Origin: Pseudomonadota bacterium
GTDB taxonomy: Bacteria; Bdellovibrionota; FAC87; UBA2466
Length of the DNA: 23,304 nucleotides
Assembly: GCA_043718025.1 (NCBI GenBank)
Contig: JAYSWN010000155.1
Location: forward strand, 1-23,304
Direction: 5' to 3'
The notes under the pieces were generated by a model that was not told the DNA's origin, searched no databases, and saw only the letters and a list, made by a program, of their open reading frames with translations. Position numbers and translations under genes: made by a program. Of the stretch, positions 8,166 to 16,397 are shown in pieces (the stretch's first letter is position 1; each line of letters begins with the position of its first letter).

Positions 8166-9493
8166 AAACTCCCCTTCACTTCAATGCTAAACACTCTCCG
8201 CCATCGGTAGAGCAGAAGCAGGCTAGAGGTCAAAAGGCCAAAGATAAGCCCCACCCAAAGACCAACCAGACCGTATTCGAATACAAAACCAAACAGCAAG
8301 GCCGACGGCAAACCCACCATCCACAATCCCAGAACATTAGAGGACAAAGCGGCTTTAGAGTCACCAAAACCGCGCAGGGTTCCAATTACCGCCATTTGGT
8401 AGCCATCAAACAACTGCAGCACCGCTACCAAGATCATAATGGCTGAGCCCAACTCAATGACCGCAGGATCGACGGTAAACGATTGCATCAGGAAATTTCG
8501 CTTCGCAAACAGAATCAGACCCACCGCAACCATAATTGCCGTGGTCACTCGAATGGCAATTTTACCCACCTGAAAGGCCCGATCCCGATCACCTTGCCCC
8601 AAGGCGTTCGCCACCAGCAAACAACCCGCCGTGCCCATCCCCATTGGAATCATGTAAAAAAATCCGCCGAGATTCAGGCTGATGGTATGCGCCGCCATTG
8701 CGGCGGGCCCCAGCTTGGCCACCAGTATTCCGACCACCGAAAAAGCGAGCGAGCGCGCCAACATTTGCGAGCCAGTGGGAATTCCCAACCGACACAGCGC
8801 TTTTAGCGCCATCACATCCAGTCTGATAATCCGCGGGCTTTTGGTTATATACCCAATATAGAGAATCAACGCCGACGCCATCCCGCCTCGAGTCAAGAGG
8901 GTAGCTAGCCCGCTGCCGGCCACGCCGAGCGCAGGCGCGCCCCATCTGCCTTCAATGAAAGCGGCGTTAAACAGAAAATTGGCGCCGTTGCCCAACACGA
9001 TGGTTGCGGTCGAAAATCGAAGCCGGTGGTGCGACGCCAAATACTGCCGCGCCGTAAAGAACATAAACATGGGGAAAAAGCTTAAGCCCAGGGGCAGCAA
9101 AAATGAGCAAGTGCTCGCAACAAGTTCGGTACTAATTCCAAACCAGGGAAGTAAACCCCTTAGCACCAACGTCGATAAAAAGGCTCCCCCCCCTAAGCCA
9201 ATTGCTAAGTAGCTCGCTTGCCAATACCAAAACCAAGATTTGGCGGCGTCATTTTCTCCCACGGCTCGCGCCGAGTAATACTCAAGCGCAGTGAGCGTGC
9301 CGGTGCAAAAGAGGTGGATCGAAATCGCCAGCGTACTGCCGAGCCCCACGCCCGCCACCGCTAAGGGGCCAAGTCTGGCGACAAACAGGGTATCGACCAG
9401 CACCATCGACATCATTCCGCCCTGAATCAAAACTACCGGAAGGGCCAATCTCAAAAATTGTTTGGTCAGGGTCGGGGTGGCAAAACTTCGCAC
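8162..9493 (-). CDS. MATE family efflux transporter (NorM-like)
   Basis: LALPVVL, VDTLFVARLG, LGVAGSGLAT, QLFDGYQ...GTLRGFGD and GLVGLWVG, with about 12 hydrophobic segments. Confidence 0.95.
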   Translation of the reverse strand: MRSFATPTLTKQFLRLALPVVLIQGGMMSMVLVDTLFVARLGPLAVAGVGLGSTLAISIHLFCTGTLTALEYYSARAVGENDAAKSWFWYWQASYLAIGLGGGAFLSTLVLRGLLPWFGISTELVASTCSFLLPLGLSFFPMFMFFTARQYLASHHRLRFSTATIVLGNGANFLFNAAFIEGRWGAPALGVAGSGLATLLTRGGMASALILYIGYITKSPRIIRLDVMALKALCRLGIPTGSQMLARSLAFSVVGILVAKLGPAAMAAHTISLNLGGFFYMIPMGMGTAGCLLVANALGQGDRDRAFQVGKIAIRVTTAIMVAVGLILFAKRNFLMQSFTVDPAVIELGSAIMILVAVLQLFDGYQMAVIGTLRGFGDSKAALSSNVLGLWMVGLPSALLFGFVFEYGLVGLWVGLIFGLLTSSLLLLYRWRRVFSIEVKGSL

Positions 9494-10074
9494 TCAAATC
9501 CTTTCCAGTTGGTCTTGGCGAGTGAGTATAGAAACATATCGAGGTAGCGCGATTCGAAGGGGTCGAAAGAAAGCTCAGGAATCAATCCAACTTTCAAAAA
9601 CCCAATTTTTTCTACCAACCGCAAAGACCCTAAATTTTTGGGATCGATATTGCCTTCCACGCTATGCAGACCGAGCTCAGCAAAGCCATAGTGAATCACC
9701 GCCGACAGTGCTTGGGTCATCCACCCTTTTTGCCAAAATCGTCTCGCCAGTTTGGCGCCCAGTTCGCCGCGACGGCGAACCCGTACGAATCGCCAAAAAC
9801 CTACATCGCCGCACAAAACGCTGGGGTCGTGTTTTTCGGTGATGGCCCAGCGAATGAGTTCGCCCTTTTGCATCTGATCGGCAACCAGATCGATCAGCTT
9901 TTGGGTATCCCCTCGCGATTGGTGCGCAGGGGTGCCCCAGCCTCTCATCACCTCAGGGTCAGAGTAGAGCGCAAACAGAGCTTCGAGATCGCTTGCGACA
10001 ATGGGCCGTAACAACAGATCGGCAGTAGCGATTGGCTGCGGCGAGAAAGAACTCGGTACGTTAGCGTTTGTCAT
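9466..10074 (-). CDS. RimJ/RimL-type GNAT N-acyltransferase
   Basis: TADLLLRP, FWQKGWMTQAL and NLGSLRLVEKIGF. It overlaps the MATE start by 28 nt. Confidence 0.92.
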   Translation of the reverse strand: MTNANVPSSFSPQPIATADLLLRPIVASDLEALFALYSDPEVMRGWGTPAHQSRGDTQKLIDLVADQMQKGELIRWAITEKHDPSVLCGDVGFWRFVRVRRRGELGAKLARRFWQKGWMTQALSAVIHYGFAELGLHSVEGNIDPKNLGSLRLVEKIGFLKVGLIPELSFDPFESRYLDMFLYSLAKTNWKGFECEVLPPRP

Positions 10075-10158
10075 GAAAGAACCCCACCCTAGTTGACCTT
10101 CTGCATCAAAAGCCGGACTAATGAAAGGGGTAAGTCGTCGTAAATTGGGGTAGGGGAT
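10075..10158. promoter_or_regulatory. 84-bp divergent promoter region shared by the two arms of the cluster
   Basis: Head-to-head starts at 10074 and 10159 with G-rich RBSs on both sides. TTGACC at 10093-10098 is followed by a weak -10 (ACTAAT, 10117-10122). Confidence 0.5.
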
Positions 10159-12195
10159 ATGTTTGTTAAGCGGTTTGATTCGTCAAAAGCCGAAGAGGCT
10201 TACGGAATTCTTTGCCAACGCATCTATCCCCTAGCCAATGGCGAAAGTAGTCTAGAGCTAGCGCCACCGCCTTTTGGCAGCACCTATTGCGAAGTTGAAC
10301 CGCTTGGGGCCACCTCACCGCACAATCACTACGACGGCGAAACTTTTATTATCTTGAAGGGGCAGGGGCGCATGCAGATCGGCGACGAAGCCCAAGACGT
10401 GAGCCCGGGCGACGTTGTGCTGATTCCCCCGTTTTCGCACCACACGCTTACCAATATTTCGAAAATCGATCGGCTTCAGTTCTTGTCGGTTTATTGGGAG
10501 GCTCGCGGCCGCGCGTTTGATGACACTCCCCCAAAAAGGATTTTTCTGGCTTCGGCGCCGCCCACCCCCAACGGTGAGCTGCATCTTGGCCACCTTTCGG
10601 GACCCTACGTAGTCGCCGACATTCTTCGCCGGTTTTATCGGTTGCAAGGGGCGGAGGTTCACTACGTTTGCGGTAGCGACGATAACCAAAGCTTCGTTCC
10701 CGCAAAGGGGGTGGCCCTAGGCCTTACCGCCGAAGGCGTAATCGACAAATTTGTCCCGCAAATCACCGCGGTTCAAGAAAAGATTGGGGCCAAGGCCGAT
10801 TACTTTCTACGCCCGCACGGCAACGCCGCGTACGTATCTTTCGTGCAAGATTTTTTTCTGCAACTGGTTAACAAGGGGCACCTCGTTCTTAAAGACAGCG
10901 AAGTGCTTTACTGTGAAAGCTGCCGAGCTTACTTGCATGAAGCGTATGTAAAAGGCGGCTGCCCCTCGTGCCAGCTACCAACCAGTGGCAACGGTTGTGA
11001 AGCCTGTGGCCTTACCAATGACTGCGTCGATCTCACCGATCCACAATGCAAGCAATGCAATTCAGTGCCGGTGCGTAAACGCATGGCTAAGTACTATTTC
11101 GATTTGGCGCCGTGGAAAGAAAAACTAAGCGCGTTTCTAAACAAGGCAACCGTGCCCGTGCCCTTCCGTCCCTTCGCCAACACCGTGCTTGAAAAAGGGA
11201 TGCGTGAAATTTCGGGAACTCACCCCTGCCCGTGGGGGATTGCACTACCACCCTCGCTCGTCACCGATCAGACTCAGGGGCAGACGATCTATGCGTGGTT
11301 AGAAATGGCCGCAGGTTACGTTTACATGGCGAAAGCACTTGGCAAAGATGGCGACTACACCACCCTTTTGGCTAGTGCAGAGTCGCGCTTCATACAGTGC
11401 TTCGGTTTTGACAACACTTACTTCTATCTCGCATTAGTGCCTGCGCTGTTGATGGCCTACGATGAAAAAATTACGCCGCCCGATTCTTTCGTGATCAATT
11501 TCTTTTATTTGCTCGACGGCAAAAAGTTTTCGACCAGCCGTAACCACGCGGTGTGGGGAAAAGACTTTTTAGATAAAGTTCACCCCGACGTGGCCCGCTA
11601 CTACCTCGCCGCAACGCGGGCCGAGACGTCAGAAAGCAATTTTTCACTTAGCGAATGCCAGGCGCGGGTGGCCGACCAGCTCGAAGGGCAATGGAATCAG
11701 CTCGCCCTCAAACTTGAAAGTTTGTGTACGGCAAACGGCAATCAGATGCCGGGGCGCGAAAGGTCTCTACGGCCTGATCAACAAGCCTTTTTACGTCGTT
11801 TGGAAGATGCGTACTCTCAAGCCACGTACTGTTATCGCGCCGAGAGCTTTTCGATGAACCGTTTAGCCACTTTGCTCGACACCTTGGTTTGCGACGTACA
11901 GGCCAGGGCAACTGGCGCTTTGGCGCTTGCTGAAAACCAGTCACTACTGCCCCTTTTTAAAACGGAATCGGCGCTGGTGTTTACCGCCGCCAAGTATTTG
12001 GGCCTGATCGCCAGTCCCCTTATGCCGCAAATTGGCGGCGAGCTTTATGCCAAGTTTGGGGGGGCAACGGCCGTTACGTGGGGAACTCACATTGAAATTA
12101 TTTTGGAAGGAAGGCCGTTTTTAGAAAATCGCCTGTGGTCCGACCGTTACGTAAAATCATTAGAAGGCATCCAAGCGCTCATCAACGTAGATTAG
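10159..12195 (+). CDS. Cupin / methionyl-tRNA synthetase-like fusion, putative hydrazine (N-N bond) synthetase of the Spb40/Tri28/PyrN type
   Basis: N-terminal cupin with H55-x-H57-x3-E61...H95, followed by a class I aaRS domain (PPTPNGELHLGH, four CxxC zinc-knuckle motifs, KFSTSR in place of KMSKS). The Met-pocket residues are altered, and the gene sits beside a Lys N-hydroxylase and an FAD oxidase. Confidence 0.9.
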   Translation: MFVKRFDSSKAEEAYGILCQRIYPLANGESSLELAPPPFGSTYCEVEPLGATSPHNHYDGETFIILKGQGRMQIGDEAQDVSPGDVVLIPPFSHHTLTNISKIDRLQFLSVYWEARGRAFDDTPPKRIFLASAPPTPNGELHLGHLSGPYVVADILRRFYRLQGAEVHYVCGSDDNQSFVPAKGVALGLTAEGVIDKFVPQITAVQEKIGAKADYFLRPHGNAAYVSFVQDFFLQLVNKGHLVLKDSEVLYCESCRAYLHEAYVKGGCPSCQLPTSGNGCEACGLTNDCVDLTDPQCKQCNSVPVRKRMAKYYFDLAPWKEKLSAFLNKATVPVPFRPFANTVLEKGMREISGTHPCPWGIALPPSLVTDQTQGQTIYAWLEMAAGYVYMAKALGKDGDYTTLLASAESRFIQCFGFDNTYFYLALVPALLMAYDEKITPPDSFVINFFYLLDGKKFSTSRNHAVWGKDFLDKVHPDVARYYLAATRAETSESNFSLSECQARVADQLEGQWNQLALKLESLCTANGNQMPGRERSLRPDQQAFLRRLEDAYSQATYCYRAESFSMNRLATLLDTLVCDVQARATGALALAENQSLLPLFKTESALVFTAAKYLGLIASPLMPQIGGELYAKFGGATAVTWGTHIEIILEGRPFLENRLWSDRYVKSLEGIQALINVD

Positions 12196-12203
12196 GAACC
12201 AAA

Positions 12204-13340
12204 ATGTCAAAAAGTTACGATGTCATTGTGGTAGGAGGGGGCGCCGTCGGCGCTTCGGCCCTCTTTCGCCTGGCCGAGAGAGGCATCACCAATACGCTTC
12301 TCATCGAAGGAAAAAAAAACCTCGGCCGTGGTTCGACCGGATCTTGGGGTTCGCTCATTCGCGTTTATCATCGTAATCCGCGCACTACCGCCCTGGCGGC
12401 AGAAAGCGTGCCCTTTTACCTCGATTTCAAACGACACGTAGGGCGCGATGCCGGCTACGTGAGAACCGGGTCGCTCTATTTTTTAAAGCGGCACTGCCTT
12501 GAGTTGATCAAAAATCAAATGGTGGCCTTGAACAAAGGAACTTTGAAGCTCGAGATCATTGAGGCGGCCGAAGGTAAAAGACGCTACCCAAACTTTCACT
12601 GGTGGGAAGATGACTTTGCGATTTATGAATCGCACTCAGGCTACGCGTGCCCCTGGGCCACTACTGACGCCTGGGTCGATTCAGCGCGCGATGCCGGGGC
12701 CGAGCTAGAGACCGACAACGCCGTGGTGGATTTTTTAACCGAGAATAACCGCGTCACCGGTGTGGTCACGCGCCGAGGCGATGAGTTTCTGAGCGATAAA
12801 GTGGTACTGGCCACCGGAGCGTGGTCTCCCGCGCTATGCCTAAAGCTTGGCATTGAGCTGCCGATCGTCAGTCGGGTGATTCAAGTAAATCACTTTCACC
12901 GCCAAGTGCGTGAAAACGCCGACCCTTTTTTTATTGATTTGGAAGCCCTAACTTTCGGCCGACCCGCGCCCGATGGATCGTTCGTCGGAGGTTGCATGAA
13001 AGAAGAGTCGGAATCGGCCGACACTCTTGTGCAGTCAATTAGTCTGCGCGAGGCCCACGAGGCCAAGCGCCGTTTGTCGACGAGAGTGAATTGGATTAAA
13101 AACGCCAGCATTTTGGGCGGCGTGCGGGCGGTAGAGGCATACACCGGAGACCTCAATGGCCATCTCGAGTATTCGGCTAAATACGAAAACTTGCTAATCG
13201 CGGTGGGTTGGAGCTGCACCGGGTTTACCCTAGCGCCGGTTATCGGCCAGCGCATTGCCGAGTCCATTGAACAAAAAGGGGTCACCAAAAACCTCTGGAA
13301 CTTAAAGCCACCTGGGCTTTTGGTAGACGCTCATGTTTAG
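12204..13340 (+). CDS. FAD-dependent oxidoreductase, DAO/glycine oxidase family (Spb39/Tri27-like role)
   Basis: YDVIVVGGGAVGAS, GRGSTGSWGSLIR, VVLATGAWS and GWSCTGFTLAPVIG. The start was reassigned to the ATG at 12204, which has an AGGA RBS and lies 8 nt after the upstream stop. Confidence 0.9.
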   Translation: MSKSYDVIVVGGGAVGASALFRLAERGITNTLLIEGKKNLGRGSTGSWGSLIRVYHRNPRTTALAAESVPFYLDFKRHVGRDAGYVRTGSLYFLKRHCLELIKNQMVALNKGTLKLEIIEAAEGKRRYPNFHWWEDDFAIYESHSGYACPWATTDAWVDSARDAGAELETDNAVVDFLTENNRVTGVVTRRGDEFLSDKVVLATGAWSPALCLKLGIELPIVSRVIQVNHFHRQVRENADPFFIDLEALTFGRPAPDGSFVGGCMKEESESADTLVQSISLREAHEAKRRLSTRVNWIKNASILGGVRAVEAYTGDLNGHLEYSAKYENLLIAVGWSCTGFTLAPVIGQRIAESIEQKGVTKNLWNLKPPGLLVDAHV

Positions 13341-14619
13341 AAAGCGGCTTTGTATCGTGGGCGCCGGACCAAAGGGATTGGCCATCGCCACCAAGGCGGC
13401 GGCTCTCAGGAGGTTGGGCTTTCAGACGCCCGAACTCTGTTTAATCGATCGCCGAGGGGTAGCGTCGCATTGGGTAGCAGATTCGGGCCTGACCAACGGA
13501 CTGCAGAGTTTGGGTACCTCTCCCGAAAAAGATGTCGGATTTCCGTACGCGTCGTTTTGCTGGGGCAGCGTGAACAACCCCAAAGTGAATCACTTGATGC
13601 AGGAGTACTCGTGGACGTCGTTTCTTATCGACGCCCATTGTTACTCCGACTGGATCGATCGGGGAAAACCTGCCCCTAGTCATCGCCGCTGGGCAGAGTA
13701 TTTGAAGTGGGCTTGGCAAAAAGTGAAGGACGAGACCGAGCTTGTGATCGGACGTTTGGACTCCGCATCTTGCGATGGTGATAAGTGGATTCTGTCGGTT
13801 GATCAGAAAGCGGGTGCACTCAAAACCATTACCGCCAATGGCCTCGTGCTCACTGGCCCCGGCCGGCCGCGCATGCCGGCAGATCTGCCCAATGACGATC
13901 GCATTCTTTCGACCGATCGCTTTTGGCGGGGGTGGGAACAGTACGCGAACCATCGGGGGGCCCGTATCGCCGTGGTCGGAACCGGCGAAACCGCCGCCTC
14001 GATCGCGGTAACCCTGGGGGCCGCCCGGCACGTAGCGGCAGTAGATATCATCAGCCCGCTGGCGATGAATTATTCGCGGGGAGAAAGTTACGTGGAAAAC
14101 CACGTCTACACCGACCCATTCCAGGCAAACTGGTTTGGCCTTACGGTAGAAAACCGCAAAGACTTTATTCAACGAACCGATCGCGGCGTTTTTTCGGTGG
14201 TGGTAAAAAAACAGCTCGATGAAATGGATTGCCTGGAGATCATTCCAGGTCGGTTAACTAGAGTAGAGGTTGATTCACTAAACCAGCTCATGGCCACCGT
14301 GCAGTACGCCGAAACCAGCGAAAAGCGCGAATACCATTACGTGATTTTTGCCACTGGCTTTGAACCGTGGGCGTGGTTCCGCGATATCATGACGCCAGAA
14401 ACCCGCGCCCACTTTCAATTAGGGCTCGGAGTGAACGACCTTGCCGATGGCACGGTAGAGCTAAATATCGAAGAGTCGCTCACTTTAGGAAAAGTGCGGC
14501 CGGCGCTGCATCTGCCGATGATGGCCGCAGTGAATCAAGGGCCCGGCTACCCCAACTTAAGCTGCCTGGGGCGGTTATCGGATCAGATTTTATCGGCCTA
14601 CGTGCCGCTCGAAACTTAA
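13333..14619 (+). CDS. Flavin-dependent L-lysine N6-monooxygenase, MbtG/NbtG subfamily
   Basis: VGAGPKGLAIATKA, LGTSPEKDVGFPY, AVVGTGETAAS, RTDRGVFS, FATGF and QGPGYPNLSCLGRLSD are all characteristic MbtG/NbtG segments. It overlaps the oxidase by 8 nt. Confidence 0.93.
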   Translation: MFRKRLCIVGAGPKGLAIATKAAALRRLGFQTPELCLIDRRGVASHWVADSGLTNGLQSLGTSPEKDVGFPYASFCWGSVNNPKVNHLMQEYSWTSFLIDAHCYSDWIDRGKPAPSHRRWAEYLKWAWQKVKDETELVIGRLDSASCDGDKWILSVDQKAGALKTITANGLVLTGPGRPRMPADLPNDDRILSTDRFWRGWEQYANHRGARIAVVGTGETAASIAVTLGAARHVAAVDIISPLAMNYSRGESYVENHVYTDPFQANWFGLTVENRKDFIQRTDRGVFSVVVKKQLDEMDCLEIIPGRLTRVEVDSLNQLMATVQYAETSEKREYHYVIFATGFEPWAWFRDIMTPETRAHFQLGLGVNDLADGTVELNIEESLTLGKVRPALHLPMMAAVNQGPGYPNLSCLGRLSDQILSAYVPLET

Positions 14620-14675
14620 TCGAACTCACTAAATCTACTTAGGTTTTTGCATGGTTTAGCCGATATCCCAGTTGC

Positions 14676-15905
14676 ATGCCTGCGCCGAAACTAAAACAGA
14701 TCACCCAAGACTTTCTCTCCATTGTTCCTCATTTTGCGGACTTTTCGAGCACGGCGAACCTTGCTGATTACGCCGATGTTCCCAAAGACTGGTTTCTCTT
14801 TGTCAGCGATATCCGCGGAAGCACCAAGGCCACCGAAGCGGGTCGGTACAAAGACGTAAACGTAGTAGGAGCCTCGGCGGTGATGGCGGTGCTGAATAAA
14901 ATCAAACCGCACGAAATTTTTTATGTGTTCGGGGGAGACGGCGCCACCTTTTTGAGCCCGCCTGAACTCGCCGACGAGATCACTGCCGCGCTGCTCGAAG
15001 CGCGCGTAATGGCAAAGCGAGAATTTGATTTTGAACTGCGAGTTGGAAAAGTTCCGCTGCTAAATTTGTATGCCGCCGACTGCGAAGTGAAGGTGGCTCG
15101 TTTTAGGGTGTCTCGCCACATCACTCAAGCCGCTTTGGGCGGCGACGGAATAGCGCAGGCGGAGAAGTGGGTAAAGAATCCCTCTGCGGGTGAAACGTAC
15201 GAAGTGATGGAGACCGCCGGCACCCTTAATGCGAACACCGAGGGGCTCGAGTGCCGATGGAACCCAATAAAAAGTAAACGCGGCAAGATGACTTCGATTA
15301 TTGTACAGAGCCTAAATCTAGATCCAAAACGGGCGGCGGCCGACTATCGAGAAGTGCTTACTTTGGTAGATAGCCTCTTCCTTACCAACGAACCGCCGGT
15401 AATTTCATCTGACGGGCTTACCCTCGCCACTAACCCTAAAGCCTACGCCGCCGAATCTAGCTCGCGGCAGAATGGGCTCTCTTTCTGGTCCAGATTAACC
15501 TATGGACTTAAGGCCTATTCGTTAACCGTCGCCTGCTTGTTTCTCTGGAACAGTTTCTGGAAAAGGGCAGGTGAGAAATATAAAAATGAGCTGGTCGTAA
15601 ACACCGATTACCGAAAGTTTGACGGCGTTTTGCGCATGGTGCTCGACCTTTCCGTGAGTCAGATCAAACTTCTTGAAGCCCTTTTAGAAAAAATGGCCGC
15701 GGATGACGAAATTGCCTACGGCCTGCACTTCTCGGATTCGGCGCTCATGACCTGCCTCATCTTCGACCGGGCCCAAGGCAACCATTTGCATTTCGTCGAC
15801 GGAAACGATGGTGGCTACTCCGCCGCGGCTAAAACATTGAAAAAAAGTTTGAGTGCCCGCAATGACCGCGTCTGCTCGGTTAAACCCAAACGGGTTCACG
15901 CCTAA
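14676..15905 (+). CDS. DUF3095 family protein (nucleotide-cyclase-like fold)
   Basis: SDIRGSTKATEAGRYKDVNVVGAS, VFGGDGATF, GLECRWNPI, DYRKFDGVLRM and HFVDGNDGGYSAAA. Confidence 0.88.
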   Translation: MPAPKLKQITQDFLSIVPHFADFSSTANLADYADVPKDWFLFVSDIRGSTKATEAGRYKDVNVVGASAVMAVLNKIKPHEIFYVFGGDGATFLSPPELADEITAALLEARVMAKREFDFELRVGKVPLLNLYAADCEVKVARFRVSRHITQAALGGDGIAQAEKWVKNPSAGETYEVMETAGTLNANTEGLECRWNPIKSKRGKMTSIIVQSLNLDPKRAAADYREVLTLVDSLFLTNEPPVISSDGLTLATNPKAYAAESSSRQNGLSFWSRLTYGLKAYSLTVACLFLWNSFWKRAGEKYKNELVVNTDYRKFDGVLRMVLDLSVSQIKLLEALLEKMAADDEIAYGLHFSDSALMTCLIFDRAQGNHLHFVDGNDGGYSAAAKTLKKSLSARNDRVCSVKPKRVHA

Positions 15906-15910
15906 TTGCA

Positions 15911-16369
15911 TCACTCAAAAAAGACGTGTCGATCGTAGTAACCCTGTTGTTTAGATATTTTATTTCCTTCAAACTCAATAACGTCTATGCCCCGAAAATT
16001 CTTGATCGTCTTTCCCCCGGCTTGCGGCACCGTGCCCAAATACTGAAGAATGAAGCCTTTAGGTGTGGGGTAGACCGAAACGATTTCAAACTTCCAGTCC
16101 GGATACTTTCCAAGCAATAATTTTAAAAACCCACCCACTTCGGCCTGCCCTTTCACTCCTTGCGGAACGTTGGGGTCTTCGTAAACCGCGTCGTCGGTAT
16201 AGAAAGTGAGCAACTTTTCCACCGCCGCCGCTCCCCCTACCCAGTGGGGCAACCATTTTTCACAAAAACTGATGGCTTCAGCTTCGCTCATGGCCAACGC
16301 CCGCGGCGGTTCGGCGGCAAACAAGGCGGCATTTAAAAACAGAACGGTGGCAAAAAACAATGACTTCAC
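15911..16369 (-). CDS. Secreted SnoaL-like / NTF2 family protein
   Basis: FYTDDAVYEDP...G and GIDVIEFEGNKISKQQGYYD. Start reassigned to the GTG at 16369, which follows an AGGAG RBS and gives a clean signal peptide. Confidence 0.85.
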   Translation of the reverse strand: MKSLFFATVLFLNAALFAAEPPRALAMSEAEAISFCEKWLPHWVGGAAAVEKLLTFYTDDAVYEDPNVPQGVKGQAEVGGFLKLLLGKYPDWKFEIVSVYPTPKGFILQYLGTVPQAGGKTIKNFRGIDVIEFEGNKISKQQGYYDRHVFFE

Positions 16370-16397
16370 TTTAACTCCTATTTTTTTAACATTCACA

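Noticed and set aside
10159..12195. Housekeeping methionyl-tRNA synthetase (metG)
   Set aside because: The cupin fusion, altered Met-pocket and KMSKS motifs, and biosynthetic context match the hydrazine synthetase paralogs.
13441..14172. 243-aa antisense ORF and the other short overlapping ORFs in the track
   Set aside because: They lie within or opposite well-supported genes and have no recognisable motifs.
9466..14619. Hydroxamate siderophore cluster (N-hydroxylase plus acyltransferase)
   Set aside because: There is no NRPS or IucA/IucC synthetase, TonB receptor or Fur box, the GNAT is RimJ-type and not IucB/MbtK-type, and the cupin-MetRS fusion accounts for the N-hydroxylysine.
15911..16369. 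SnoaL protein as a cyclase of the N-N cluster
   Set aside because: It has a signal peptide, lies beyond DUF3095 on the opposite strand and appears co-transcribed with the cytochrome.
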